A stretch of DNA of 64,000 nt, taken from Octopus sinensis (lineage: Eukaryota). Below are positions 12,961 through 25,792 of this stretch, one piece after another (within the stretch, counting starts at the first letter, position 1; the number at the start of each line of letters is the position of its first letter). The DNA lies in assembly GCF_006345805.1 (NCBI RefSeq), contig NC_042997.1, positions 133,486,001 through 133,550,000 of the forward strand, read 5' to 3'. The translations under genes and the position numbers were made by a program. The notes under the pieces are model-generated. The model saw nothing but the letters and a program-made list of their open reading frames with translations, was not told the DNA's origin and did no database searches.

Positions 12961-13829
12961 GTTGGTTCTTAAATAGATAGTTACATACATACGCTTGTAT
13001 GAAAAAAGAGAGCTGGCTGACAACTGTCACGTAAACAGACGTAAAATTTATCCGGAGTGACCTTTTCGTAAATTTTCCTGCCAACATTTTCCTGTCGATT
13101 CCTGTTACCGTTTTTTTCTGTTTTATTCTTTTGCCGCTTTTCAGAACTGAATGTAGATGACAATTCTTGAAATCGTATTCAGAGAAATACTAAGAGACCA
13201 TCCATCGGGACTGACAGTGCGCAGTATTATAGGTTCTTTGAACAAGGCATTTAAAACGATATAGCGCATGCTATATGACTGCAACAGGGATATTCAACAT
13301 ATTTAATATCTCTTTCATTCACTGTAATCTATATCGCTGAATAAAAGAATCGGTCGTCCACTTCTGTAAACTATGGATTTATGAAATGTTCTCGCTATAT
13401 CTACTATTAAGGAAATTAATACCATTCAGTCTGTAAGATAGTGTTAGCTTCTATAGCCACCAATGCTGACAGATATAGCAGCTATATTTGCTTCAGACGA
13501 CACTCTACCGTCTTGCAAAAGTGAGACAAGTTGGAGAATGCTGTTGCAGAGATGATTACCGGGCAATGGGAAGGGTTATCGTAGTTATAAGGGTTTCGGT
13601 CACGAGTCTATTCAGACAAGATTGTTTTGGGGTGAAGAACTAAACATAAGTAACAACAACACCGACAACGTAACATCAAAAACAAAATATGAATTTAAGG
13701 GGAGGTCGTTGATATACCTTATATGGTATAGGAAAGAAACGCAAATAAAATAATGAGTGTTAATTATTCAATTTAACATTTTATATTAGGAACAATGAAT
13801 TTTAATGGATTCAAAACACATATAGTTAT

Positions 13830-14137
13830 ATGTTGTTGTTTGTTCCTTCTCGAGCCATGCATGGCTCATAAGGACCGGTTTCCCGGTTACCTTGGCGTAT
13901 AGGTTCCCCACCTGGACGGGACGCCGGTCCGTCGCAGGTGAGCTGCAAGATGCAGGAGGAAAGAGTGAGAGAAAATTGTGGCGAAAGAGTCAGCAGAAGT
14001 TCGCCATTACCTTCTGCCGGAGCCGCGTGGAGCTTAGGTGTTTCGCTCATAAACACACACATCACCCGGTCTGAGATTTGAATCCGCGATCCCTCGAACG
14101 CGAGTCCGCTGCTGTAACCACTAGGCCATGTGCCTCC
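13830..14137 (-). mobile_element. SINE family C, tail type 2 (V-domain-like)
   Basis: tRNA head with A/B boxes; CCTGCGACGGACCGGCGTCCCGTCCAGG resembles the V-SINE domain. Confidence 0.8.
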
Positions 14138-14270
14138 ATATAGGTATGTAGGTTGGTCGTAATTAGACATACTTATTATCAAAGGTTTTTTTCTTGCTGT
14201 GACCATCAATAATTACGTTTATGTATTTGTTTTGCAAGATTCCTGGTATGAAATCGTGTGTTGGATCTGA

Positions 14271-14601
14271 TAGTTTTATTTAGGGATGGTCATATCTTTT
14301 GCCAATTAACTACACACGCGATATACGTGTTCTTCACTTCAGCTTTGATATTATTCTTATTTTAGTGTCCTTTGTTTGAAATCTTTCGTCACACATCCTG
14401 TGACCTCTTCAGCGACTCTCATCCCTCATGAAGACACGTGTGATGGAGATTCGTTGAAGAGGTCACAAGATGTATGACGAAAGATTTCAGAGACAGGACA
14501 CTAAAATAAGAATGATAATAAAATTGAAGTGATGAACAAGTATACCATGTGTCTGGTTATTTTGCAAAAAAAATGTAAATGACACCCACCCCAAATATAA
14601 C
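14271..14601. repeat. Fold-back element with HHR-like motif in each arm
   Basis: Arms about 14271-14415 and 14451-14601; minus 14378-14412 reads CUGAAGA G GUCACA-GGAUG-UGUGAC GAAA GAUU UC. Confidence 0.75.
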
Positions 14602-15324
14602 AACCTCCATAATTCTTGTGCGAGTAACTCAAGGCCATAGATTTTTAGTACTATGTCTGGTTGGAGTCAAGATAGGGCATTTGATGCTGATGATGACTAT
14701 TAATCTAGTAACAAGTATTCACAGAACTCTCGCCTTCACAAAAAAAGTCTTTGAAACAATGGCCCATTAATTTGCGGGACTCGCTCATTTCTTGAGATTA
14801 TCTCCCCTTCTAATTCGGAGTCTGTCGCAATTGCCGCTAGATGCTTATTTACTTCTGCTCGAATCGAAGAAAATTTCAGCAAATGAAAAATTGATCATGT
14901 ATCACATTTAGCATCTTATGTGCCCTTTGAAATTCCAAGACTGAGGGGTGTTATGAGGGGAAGGAGTAGCTGCTAGTTTTAACAGACTGAGCAATTACGT
15001 AGGGGTTCTGTCATTCGTTCGGTTTGGTGGAAGAGGAGTTAAGAGAGACAGAGAATAAAACTAGGGAAGTGAAAATAAATGAAAGGTAACTAATATTTTA
15101 GATTATACAGAAGTCTTGTGAATCTCTAGAAATATGAGCGCGCACACACGCGCGCGTGTGTGTGTAGATATAGAAATAAATTGATTAATAGGTAGGTAGG
15201 TAGGTAGGTAGGTAGAGAAATAAATAGACTAACCGGCAGGCAGATTGATTGATACACAGACAGATAGACAGACAGACAGTCAGTCAGGCAAACAGACTGG
15301 TAGCTAGCTAGCTAGCTAGCTAGC

Positions 15325-15389
<65 letters not shown>

Positions 15390-17617
15390 TGATAGATTCT
15401 GCTCTTAATTCTTTTCATCTAAATTTAGTTTACATTACACACAACAACGTTGATAACATTGATAAAGTCGGCTTGCATGTAATTCCTGTAATTCATAAAT
15501 TTTCCACTGCTTAGTTATTAGTACTACTGAGACGTATATGAAGATAAAAGGTTATTGGCTGGTGCTGCATAATAATTAGCTTAACACTTGTTATATTTCA
15601 TATTAGTGTACTAGCTGAGTTGGTATTAGTATTGAAACTAAAACATACGTTTAACACTCTTGTGTTTATCAACTTTTATAATTAAAAATACGTAAAACGA
15701 ACTTTAGTTTTCTTTAGAAGTTATACAATTTATGGACACTATTCTTAATTATAAGAACGAAATATTACTTGATTCTGTTAATTAATAGCAAAATGAAACT
15801 ACAATCTCAGCAGTCGTGTATAATTAATACTATTTTATTATTCAGATCGAACCAAAAGGGTCACGTGGAAACATACGTGATAAGCTAAAATGTTATATGT
15901 AATTGAGAATATGTGAACCGAGCTGCTTGCAAGTCGATCAGCAGTCACGATCGAATAGCGAAATATTCATATGAACACGTAGACAAGTCATAACTTACAA
16001 GTCTAGAGGGATAAATACTCTGAGTGAAAAGCCATTACACACGAAACCTATGATTTTAGTGACTGGAGCTTTGATTCAGAAAATGTGTGTTCTTTGATCA
16101 TGATATCACCTTCGTCCGTGATAAACAACTCAGTTAGTCGTCTATATATAGTTCGCTTTTTCGCAAATTCTAAACACACATGCCAAACTGCGTGACGTTG
16201 AGATCTTTCAAGTAAGAGAATAATTGCTTTTCATTCTGATAACTCTTTCCCTCATTACATATCCTACGTTATTAACGAAAATAAATGCTAATATTCTTAG
16301 AATGAGATGTTATCGTATGCTAAATTGTTAAGCTTAATGGAGGAAATGTTACACCACCACGACTAGCTTCCTTTTCATAATATCTCTCTAGATCCTTGCT
16401 GTGTTTTCATTTTATTATTTCATTATTATTTTTTTTATTATTTTAGTTTTATAATTTCGAAATTGATCATTAGTTCAGTTCGAAGGGGAAATTATTTTCT
16501 CCTTGCTTTATATAACTCTTGCTATTTTCCCACTGGTTTCGGGTGACTCACTTCATATCAAGAGTGATGGTAGTTGAACAGCTTGTACACTTCAAGTGTT
16601 ATCGATACTTGGTTCAGAAATGGACTTCATGTTTTATTCATATTTTGTTCACTGTCTCACGTGTTTTATTTATCTATTTATTTATATATTTTTTCATTAC
16701 TTCGAAGATTGCTATTGATCTACATTCGGAAAAAAATAAAAAACAAGAATAATTAATGCACTAACTTATTTTAGGTTAAACACAAAGGCGTAATAACTTA
16801 CAGAGGTGTGACATTCATGCCTTTCTCGGGAGCATTGACTGTTTAAGTTAACCGAAAAAAAATTCAACGCGGAATCGAAACCAAGTCGCAGAATTTGGTT
16901 ACTGAGGAATTTAGCAATTAGTGTGCACTATTCGCCACAGTACAATTAAAATATTTGATGCAGAAACAAAAACAAAGGAATATGTTTACTTATTCTTCAT
17001 CAAGAGAAACTGATATTAATGCCTTTGTTATTATGAAATTCGTTTGAAAATGTGCTGTTTATGTGTAAATGAAGATTGCTGTTTGTGGCATTCGTTAAAC
17101 ATATCATTTTCTCTTCCTCTAATTAAATAGTATATAATGTCACAGCTATCCTCCAAAATAGCCTGATTTCTGCCAAATTCTGTCATAAAAGAACGACTAT
17201 AAATGGAACTCTTTCAGGCAGATATTTAAACTTTCAAACACATAGTTAAGCTGAGCAAATCATGAGGTATATATAGTAGATAAAACAGACAGCGATTCTA
17301 ATCATACTTTTATACAATTGCAACATACTTAGCGAGGCCAATCATTTTTCTTTTTTCTATACATAAATATTGATTTCTTACACTGACAGAAGGCGACACA
17401 GTTACAAAACACTTTTATACGATCACTCTCCAGTATATTGCTGGTATATTTGTCATCGGTGCTGCTGGCATGAACATCAAAATATATTACTGCATATTTT
17501 AACTTTAAACATAAAGGAATTTGGTTAAATATCGCTGAGTATTTTTATTGTACTTTACCTATTGTGAAATTGACAGCCCCTTTCTCTATCTATCTTTTCA
17601 TTTTATTTTTATTTTTT

Positions 17618-17907
17618 ATGCACCCTTTTCAAACCTAGCCAGGCTCATGGGCCCGGTTTCCCGGTATCTGTGGCATATGTGTTCCCCCTGCTGGAAAGGA
17701 CGGTAGTCCATCGCAGCGTTACTCAATAAGCAGGGAGAAAGAGTGAGAGAAAGTTGGGGCGAAAGAGTACAACAGGGGTCGCCACCACCCCCTACCGGAG
17801 CCTCGTGGAGCTTTAGGTGTTTTCGGCTCAATAAACACATACAACGCTCAGTCTGGGAATCGAATCCGCGAGTCCACTGCTCTAACCACTGGGTCATTGC
17901 GCCTCCA
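17618..17907 (-). mobile_element. SINE family C, tail type 2 variant
   Basis: tRNA head; V-like block; candidate TSD CTATCTTTTCAT on both sides. Confidence 0.8.
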
Positions 17908-17914
17908 CCTATCT

Positions 17915-18142
17915 TTTCATACTGGCTTCAAATTTTGGCCCAAGGCCAGCAACGTCGAGGTAGGTGGTAAGCCGATAACGTCGACCCCCACCCCGTGCTC
18001 AACTGGTATATATTTTATCAACCCGAAGAGGATGAAAAGCAAAGTCGATCTCGGCAGAATTTAAACTCAGAACGTGAAGACGAACGAAATGCCACTGAGC
18101 ATTTATCTCGGCGTATTAATGATTCTGTCAGCTTGCTACCTT
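17915..18142 (-). mobile_element. tRNA-derived SINE family B
   Basis: Minus GAGTTTAAATTCTGCCGAGATCGACTTTGCTTTTCATCC (B box plus Meta-domain-like block). Confidence 0.75.
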
Positions 18143-18471
18143 AATCTATCTTAACATATTAACACTATGAAAGCAAAAAATGTGTTGGACGTTGTTATAT
18201 TTGATGAAAACGGACCCCAGTATGCTAACGGTTGGTGTTGGACCCGGTGACCGGTAAATTCCACCGTGCTAAATTCCACCATGGAAAATTCTACCAGGTA
18301 AATTTCACCATAGGTAAATTCCACCACGGTATATTCCACCAAAGTAAATTTCACAATATGTGAAATTATTATTGTTATTATTATTATTATCATCATTATT
18401 TTTATTATTATTATCATTATTATTATTAATATTATTATTATTATTATATTATTATTATTATTATTATTATT

Positions 18472-18687
18472 GAGTGAGAGAGCAGTGCATGCCATCAAAG
18501 TGACACTGGGGTAAAATATACGAAGCCCAGTATACTCATCATGACTACCCGTCTGATAAGGGTACACCAGGCACATGCATCACAACCATATGTGCGCGAC
18601 ATGGTGATCTCTTATCAAGATAAACAGCGCATGACCTTGCAGGTGGGGCCCAGCTGGAATTTTCTTCTGGTCGAGTAGCCCATCCCT
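18472..18687 (-). mobile_element. Short non-coding retroposon-like insert within (TAA)n
   Basis: About 215 bp of GC-balanced sequence bounded by (TTA)n on both sides, the target typical of R4/Dong-type elements. Confidence 0.5.
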
Positions 18688-18703
18688 GTTATTATTATTA
18701 TTA

Positions 18704-18739
<36 letters not shown>

Positions 18740-18939
18740 ATGGGTTACAATATTATGGAAATAAAAAAAAAGAATGCATAAAAAATAATATAAATAATGT
18801 CAATGAATACAAAAAATTACGTGGGAGGAAAAATAATTAAGGAACAGCCAGACAAAGAAATACACGGTAAATACTTTAAACACCGGAATGAGGAAGCAGC
18901 ATCAAAAAGAGACTCATTGAAATTTATAAAACAAAGGAA

Positions 18940-19246
18940 ATACTGAATGAGAGATGAAAATCTTATACAGTATTTAGAAGACAGAAACAACTACTATGGA
19001 AGAAAAAAGGCATGCAGATATTGTAAAAAAAAAAACAAAGGAAATATCGAACATAAGGCAATACAATGTGGTGAAATAGCATACTCTATTTTACTCTTTT
19101 ACTTGTTTCAGTCATTTGACAGCGGTCATGCTGGAGCACCGCCTTTAGTCGACCAAATTCACCCCGGGACTTATTCTTTGTAAGCCCAGTACTTATTCTA
19201 TCGGTCAAACAATGCTAGGGGGACAAACACAGACACACAAACATAT

Positions 19247-19299
<53 letters not shown>

Positions 19300-19662
19300 A
19301 TATACATATATACGACAGGCTTCTTTCAGTTTCCGTCTACCAAATCCACTCACAAGGCATTGGTCGGCCCGAGGCTATAGCAGAAGACACTTGCCCAAGA
19401 TGCCACGCAGTGGTACTGAATCCGAAACCATGTGGTTGTTAAGCAAGCTACTTACCACACAGCTACTCCTGCGCCTATAGGAGACGAAATATAAAGAGAG
19501 ACATGATGAGATAACCAAAATAATCTTTGCAAACTTACTACAGCAATGTAACATGAAAAAAAACCCAGAAAATCAGAAGAGTGCAAATAGAAAAGGTAAC
19601 AACAAGTGAAAAGGTTCAGATTTTAGTAGATAGCCCATAATGTTGTAACCCATTTAATAATG

Positions 19663-19719
<57 letters not shown>

Positions 19720-19960
19720 GGGATGGGCTACTCGACCAGAAGAAAACAATAAACCCAATATTACAATATTTGACCTCGAACGAAAAGAATCAATAATAAT
19801 CGAAATTGGAATAACATCGACAAAAAAATTGAACAAATGGAAATGACAAAAATACAAAAGTATAATAGACTTGCTAAAGAAATTAAACGGATGAATGGAT
19901 ATAAGGTTAAAATAATACCATTTATAATGACTTGGGATGGAATGGTCTCAAAGACGAAAA
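18940..19960 (+). pseudogene. RLE-type non-LTR retrotransposon C-terminal remnant (CCHC + restriction-like endonuclease)
   Basis: CRYC..NIEHKAIQC, ERHDEI, NKPNITIFD..IIIEIGITS, KYNRLAKEI..IIPFIMTWDG; interrupted by a SINE and (TAA)n. Confidence 0.7.
19083..19476 (-). mobile_element. SINE family A with internal deletion
   Basis: Reverse complement of the family A head and tail; splits the RLE remnant. Confidence 0.88.
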
Positions 19961-19999
19961 AGAAAGACGAAATGTACATTTGGTGCAGTTTAGTCAACA

Positions 20000-20335
20000 G
20001 GGACAGTGCCTAAGATAGGAGGAATATGTGGTCAGTCGCAAAATCACATGGAAAGAACTTTGGGCTTGGGAACAAGCAGGAACATCCTTCCTGATCAAGT
20101 CCACCTTCGACGTTTTGCCGTCACCGGTCAATTTAGTCCAGCTGATGAATGTAAGTGCGGAGAGAAAGCGACGATGAGACATGTCCTGTCAAACTGCAGG
20201 CAGGCACTGGACAGATATACATGGCGTCACAACCAAGTCCTCGGTGTTATATGCACAACACTCAAGGAGAAGATCGAGGAGTACAATAAGGGAGAGTATC
20301 CGAAAGTGGAAAAGCGCGGAAGAATATACTTCTAG
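20000..20335 (+). pseudogene. HERO/NeSL-like RLE retrotransposon fragment
   Basis: ITWKELWAWEQ..SFLIKSTFDVLPSPVNL, then in another frame CKCGEKATMRHVLSNCRQALDRYTWRHNQVL (CCHC knuckle + RHN motif). Confidence 0.75.
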
Positions 20336-21102
20336 AAGGAGGGAAAAGGACATAAGATCAGGTATTGACCCACGGTCCAGAGAAACTGACCACGGTGATT
20401 ATTAGCAGGAGAAGCTTATATTGGAAGTCAGTCCATATTGGAAGTTAGTCCATAGGTGGAATTTACCATGGTGGAATAATACCGTGGTGGAATTTACCTG
20501 GTGGAATTTTCCGTGGGTGAATTTACCTAGAACCTTTGGACCCCTTTGGGAGTAAACACAAATTTGGATAAGAAAAATACGCCTCAAGTGTTACTTTCTG
20601 ATTACAATTCCATTCACATCTAGGATGCGAATGTTGTAGGAATATTAAATCAAACATTTTACTTGACCCGTACTTTACTTGGGGAAAGGTACAGTTGAAC
20701 TCAGAACCATTTCAATTCAAACAAAATGAGACGTGACTAAACCTCACAGACCATTTTGTCCAACGCCCTACCAATTCTGTTGGCGTTGACTAAACAGCGC
20801 TTGATAGTTTAATGATAATTTACCGCCCTGTCTTTCACCACCGTTTTCCCTTATGAAAATGTAGTTCCCACCCCACTGCATTGTCACATTTAATGCACCC
20901 GACAGTGGAGAGAAGCATGAATTAAACGAAGATTGTAAAAAGAGAGACGTGGCAAAGTACTTAAAGGTTTTTAATCTAGCCTTCATCCTTTATTTACATT
21001 CCAGACACGTTGCGAATAACGAATGCAATTAATTAAAATTCTGAAAATTTGTGCCAGTTTGTAAAAATAAATCAAACACAGTCATTTACCGAATGAAATA
21101 TA

Positions 21103-21321
21103 TTAGGTTGGTGCATAATTATTGCAGCTTTTTTTCAATAAATTTCATTCAACAAAAAATTTTAACAAAACGCCAATTTAAACAAAACGCCAAGCAGAAA
21201 TTGAAGTAGATGGTGAACATGCTCCGGAATAATCATTTAAAATGTTTTTGTTAATTGTTGGTATTGCTTTTGTTGAATAAAATTTATTGAAAAAAGCCAC
21301 AATAATTATGCACCAACCTAA
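21103..21321. mobile_element. Mariner-derived MITE
   Basis: TIRs TTAGGTTGGTGCATAATTATTG / CAATAATTATGCACCAACCTAA flanked by TA on both sides. Confidence 0.9.
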
Positions 21322-21359
21322 TAGAAACAATAAAATTAACAGTTATGAAATATATAAAT

Positions 21360-22400
21360 AATGCCTTCTAATTTTGGCACAAGACCAGCAATTTTAGTGA
21401 GAGGGGATAGTCGATGCAATTGACTCCAGTACTTGATTGGCACTTTACTTATCGCCCCAGAAAGGTTGAAAGACAAAGATAGTCTCGCCGGAATTTGAAC
21501 TCGGAATGTAAAGTGACAGAAGAAATGCAACCATGTATTTTGTCCGGATGCTTAACGACTCTGCCAATCTACCATTCTATAATGGTTCCTAATTCAGGTT
21601 CAAGGCATAGCATTTTGGAGATGCCACGTTAATCGACATCATCGACCACAGCATTTGATTAGTACTTTAATTTATCGAGCCCAAACTAAAAAGAAAAGCA
21701 AAGTTGACCTAGAGTCGGGACAAATGCCATAGAGCATTTTTTTCCAACACTCTTATGACTCAGCCAGTTGCCGCTTTTAATAGTAATAATGAGTTAGGCA
21801 AAAGACCGGGTATTTTAAGGGGTGGGTGTTAGTCGATTATATCGACCCAAGTACGTGACTAACACTGTATTTTATCGACGCCGGGAGGATGAGAGGCAAA
21901 ACGACATCGGTAGGATATGAACTCGGAGTGCAAAAGCAGAACAAATTGTACAAAGTATTTTGTCCGACGCTCTAATAATTTCTTATTTCTTTATTGCTCT
22001 CAAGGGGCTAAACATAGTGGGGACAAACAAGGACAGACAAGCGGATTAAGTCGATTACATCGACCGCAGTGCGTAACTGGTACTTAATTTATCGACCCCG
22101 AAAGGATGAAAGACAAAGTTGTCCTCGGCGGAATTTGAACTCAGAACGTAACGGCAGACGAAATACCTATTTCTTTACTATCCACAAGGGGCTAAACACA
22201 AAGAGGACAAACAAGGACAGACAAGCGGATTAAGTCGATTACATCGACCTCAGTGCGTAACTGGTATGTAATTTATCGACCACGATAGGATGAAAGGTAA
22301 AGTCGACCTCGGCGGAATTTGAACTCAGAACGTAGCGGCAGACGAAATACCGCTCGGCATTTCGCCCGGCATGTTAACGATTCTGCCAGCTCACCGCCTT
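21360..22400 (-). mobile_element. Tandem array of about five SINE family B units
   Basis: Repeated GTCGA..TCGAC...TTTATCGACCCCGAAAGGATGAAAGGCAAAGTCGACCTCGGCGGAATTTGAACTC at roughly 185-230 bp spacing. Confidence 0.85.
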
Positions 22401-22904
22401 TGTCATCAAAAATAGTAGCTGTGGAAGTTACAATACAGACCGCCCATTAGATTGCATGTAATAAGTTTGATGAAAATGACAGTGTATTGGCATAGCAATA
22501 ACAGCTGATTATAACGCTCTACAGAAGTGAACTTTTGAACTGAAAACATAGCAAGTTAAGGACTGTGTCTATCATTCCTTAACAACCAGAATGATATACT
22601 GCTATAGAGTAAGAACATAGATAATCTTTTTACAAGGCTAGACATTGGTACGTACCAGAGAATAGCTATATTAGAATCTGTAACCATTTTCGGTCATTCT
22701 TACACAACATTTGATTGCATAAAAAAAAATTCGTTATTATATGCGTCACATTACTATGATACTATGTGTGGAGACACTTAATATTTCCATCTCTTCAGTA
22801 CCACATGTAGACAGATGTAGACGTGTGAAGTAAACTTAACCACAAAATCACGAATGATTTTACTGTTATCCATAGCACGTCAAAATCTCCATTGAAGCTA
22901 GTCT

Positions 22905-23447
22905 TTTTTTTTTTCCTACTCTAGGCACAAGGCCCGAAATTTTGTGGGAAAGAACCAGTCGATTAATTTATCGACCCCAAATGGATGAAAGGCAAAGTCG
23001 ACCTCGGCAGAATTTGAACTCAGAACGTAACGGCAGGCTAAATACCTAGTTCTTCACTACCCACAAGGGGCTAAACACAGAGGGGATAAACAAAGACAGA
23101 CAAACGGATTAAGTCGATTACATCGACTCCAGTGAGTAACTGGTACTTAATTTATCGACCCCGAAAGGATGAAAGGCAAAGTCGACCTCGGTGGAATTTG
23201 AACTCAGAACGTAGCGGCAGACGAAGTACCTATTTCTTCATTACCCACAAGGGACTAAACACAGAGGAGACAAACAAGGACAGACAAACGGATTAAGTCG
23301 ATTATATCGACCCCAGTGCGTAACTGGTACATAATTTATGGATGAAAGACAAAGTCGACCTCAGCGGAATTTGAACTCAGAACGTAACGGCAGACGAAAT
23401 ACGGCTACGCATTTCGCCCGGCGTGCTAACGTTTCTGCCAGCTCGCA
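22905..23447 (-). mobile_element. SINE family B trimer
   Basis: Three head-to-tail units. Confidence 0.85.
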
Positions 23448-23924
23448 CCCTTCATCGAAGCTTGCTTATTTTGCCTATGTATATCAACATATTTACATTA
23501 CTAATGTCAGAAGTATGTATCTTTTTATCTTCACAACAGGTTATTTCAGAATTATTGGTTGTTGAAAATTCTAATTTCACGCATAGTGAATTCGGTCTTC
23601 AAGTCATAAATGACCTTTTCAGTTTCCGGAACAAAAGCTTTACTCCGTCATTGCTTTCAAACCCCCACTCGCCTGCCTGCCTGCTTGCCTGCCTCCCTGT
23701 CTGCCTCCCTCCCACAGTCACCTACTATCTCTTTATCTCTTGCATAAAGTAGAAAGCCGTGGAAAACTTTAATACCGACAGGCCAAGTGTTTAGACACGA
23801 GGAAAAAAATATAAACAATTTCGTATTTAAGGTTTAAACAAGCTTTTCACTCTTATAATATCAAAGGTTAGACATACTTCCGCTTTTGTGCCATGTCAAA
23901 ATTCAAAACATGGATATAAACAAA

Positions 23925-23959
23925 TTCTCTCTCTCTCTCCTTTTCTTTATCTCTCTCTG

Positions 23960-23991
<32 letters not shown>

Positions 23992-24440
23992 CCTTTCTCT
24001 CTCTTTCTCGCACGTACACACACGCACACATCTCTCCTTGTCGTTCGATGTCTCTTGTCATGATTCTCTTTCTACTCATCTACTACCACACACTCTTATC
24101 TTCCTTTCACACTCCACACTCTCTCTCTCTCTTTCTCTCTCACTCTCTTTATCTCTATATCTTTCTCTCGTTCTCTAGCTCTCTCTTACACTCTCTTTTG
24201 TTCTCACGCGCTTTTTACATTCTTACTCACTTTCTCTCACACACTCTTCATTCTGTTACACACACTCTTTTCCCCTCTCACTCCTTCTCTCTTTCCCTCT
24301 CTTTCTCTCGCTCTCTCTCTGTATCTGTCTCTCAATCTCACAGTGTCCCTACCATTCTTTCTCACATTCTGTCTTCCTCTTTTTCTTTCTCACGCACATT
24401 CTCACATCCTCTCTCTCTCTCTTTCTCTCTCTCTTTCACA
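23925..24440. repeat. CT-rich low-complexity tract
   Basis: Degenerate (CT)n. Confidence 0.9.
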
Positions 24441-25312
24441 TGATTTTTATAGCATGAACCACAGACTAAATATGACAATTATTTATAATCATTCTGTTTT
24501 TTATTTATTTGTATTTATTTTGATTTTTACATCTAGTTCTCCAATTGTCTCAAACGGTTCGCAGATATTCTGAACTTAAAGTTCCTCGTTCAAGTCCAGC
24601 TTGTGGATACCGTTCTCTTATTGAAATAATCTTCTTTTTTTTAATCATCGAGTAGTGGCTAACACGATGAGCAAATCAAAGTGGCCGGTTAAACTTCTCC
24701 TGCCTTCCTCTCCATATTGTCTCGTCTTCGACAAGACACTTAACTTTCTGGAAAATCACAACAGAATTTATACAGTTGTTAATTAGGAAAAAGATTAGAT
24801 TTAACGTTTACTTTCCAAATTTTATACAAACTAACAACAAATGAAGGCTGAAATGTCTTTAATGATACGTTTGCAGTATCAGGGTTTATTTGAGGCTAAA
24901 TAACTTCAAAATTATGGTCAATTTCTATATTAGCACCCGCACGATTTTCATTAAGAAAAAAAAATTGATTTTTTGCTTGGAAGTGACCTCCTAATATTGC
25001 AAAATTAGGTTACTTAAGGTGAGCCTGGTAACTGATGGTTTTGGGGGTCTTGCTGTTTGTAACTTTTGGTGAGACATGGTGCAACTAACAACATGGTAAA
25101 ATCCTTGCCATTAATTTGGTGTGGATGGGTAATATCAAATAATTCAATCACAACATATATTTAAATTAAACACGAAAAAAATTTGAATATTATCATCTCT
25201 TACGTGGAAAATTTGAATTATTATCTTTCAGCAGTTTATAAGGTAAAATCTTAAATTATTAATTGACACATTAATTATTATCATATAACAGCCATGCCTG
25301 AAAAAATCATGG

Positions 25313-25792
25313 ATTACATAAAAAAATGCGAGCATGAAAAGTCATATTCTTAAGATTATAAACATGGAAAAGTACAGGACAAGTTATTACACCTGTAATA
25401 GAACAAGATATTACTTCTAGTAAAGTAAAGAATAAGAAACATTTTACTTAAAATATTGCAGCTAAAATCAAAATTTGAATATTAAAACCTAAGTAGAATT
25501 TGGCTAATTTACTACCTTAAATACAGCAAAAAGTGACTAATTAGACAATCTTACAAATTAGCTGAACAGTTTTGTACAATAAATTTAAAAGATGAGAACT
25601 GTTAAGAGTAGTAAATTAGAAGAACTGGCATTCTTTGTTGCAATATTTTATGTAAAAAGTCTCTTATTATTTACTTTACAATAAAGTAATGGCTTATCCT
25701 ATACTTTTACAGGTGTAATAAATTGTCCTGTACTTTTCCATGTTTATAATCTTAAGAATAAGACTTTTCATGCTCGCATATTTCCATGTAAT
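25313..25792. repeat. About 480-bp fold-back (MITE-like) element
   Basis: 25313-25398 is a near reverse complement of 25707-25792; weaker pairing continues inward. Confidence 0.8.

Larger units (their letters stand above)
18246..20534. mobile_element. Mutator-like (Phantom-type) TIR element with nested cargo
   Basis: Termini GGTGACCGGTAAATTCCACC / GGTGAATTTACCTAGAACC; inverted arrays of about 15-bp GGTAAATTCCACC units; 9-bp TSD GTTGGACCC (18237-18245) / TTTGGACCC (20535-20543). Confidence 0.75.

Noticed and set aside
13110-13265. Splice acceptor at 13144 followed by a 35-codon ORF
   Set aside because: No recognisable protein or convincing donor.
18250-18360. CRISPR-like short repeats
   Set aside because: 15-bp tandem units without unique spacers; they are the subterminal repeats of the Mutator-like element in eukaryotic DNA.
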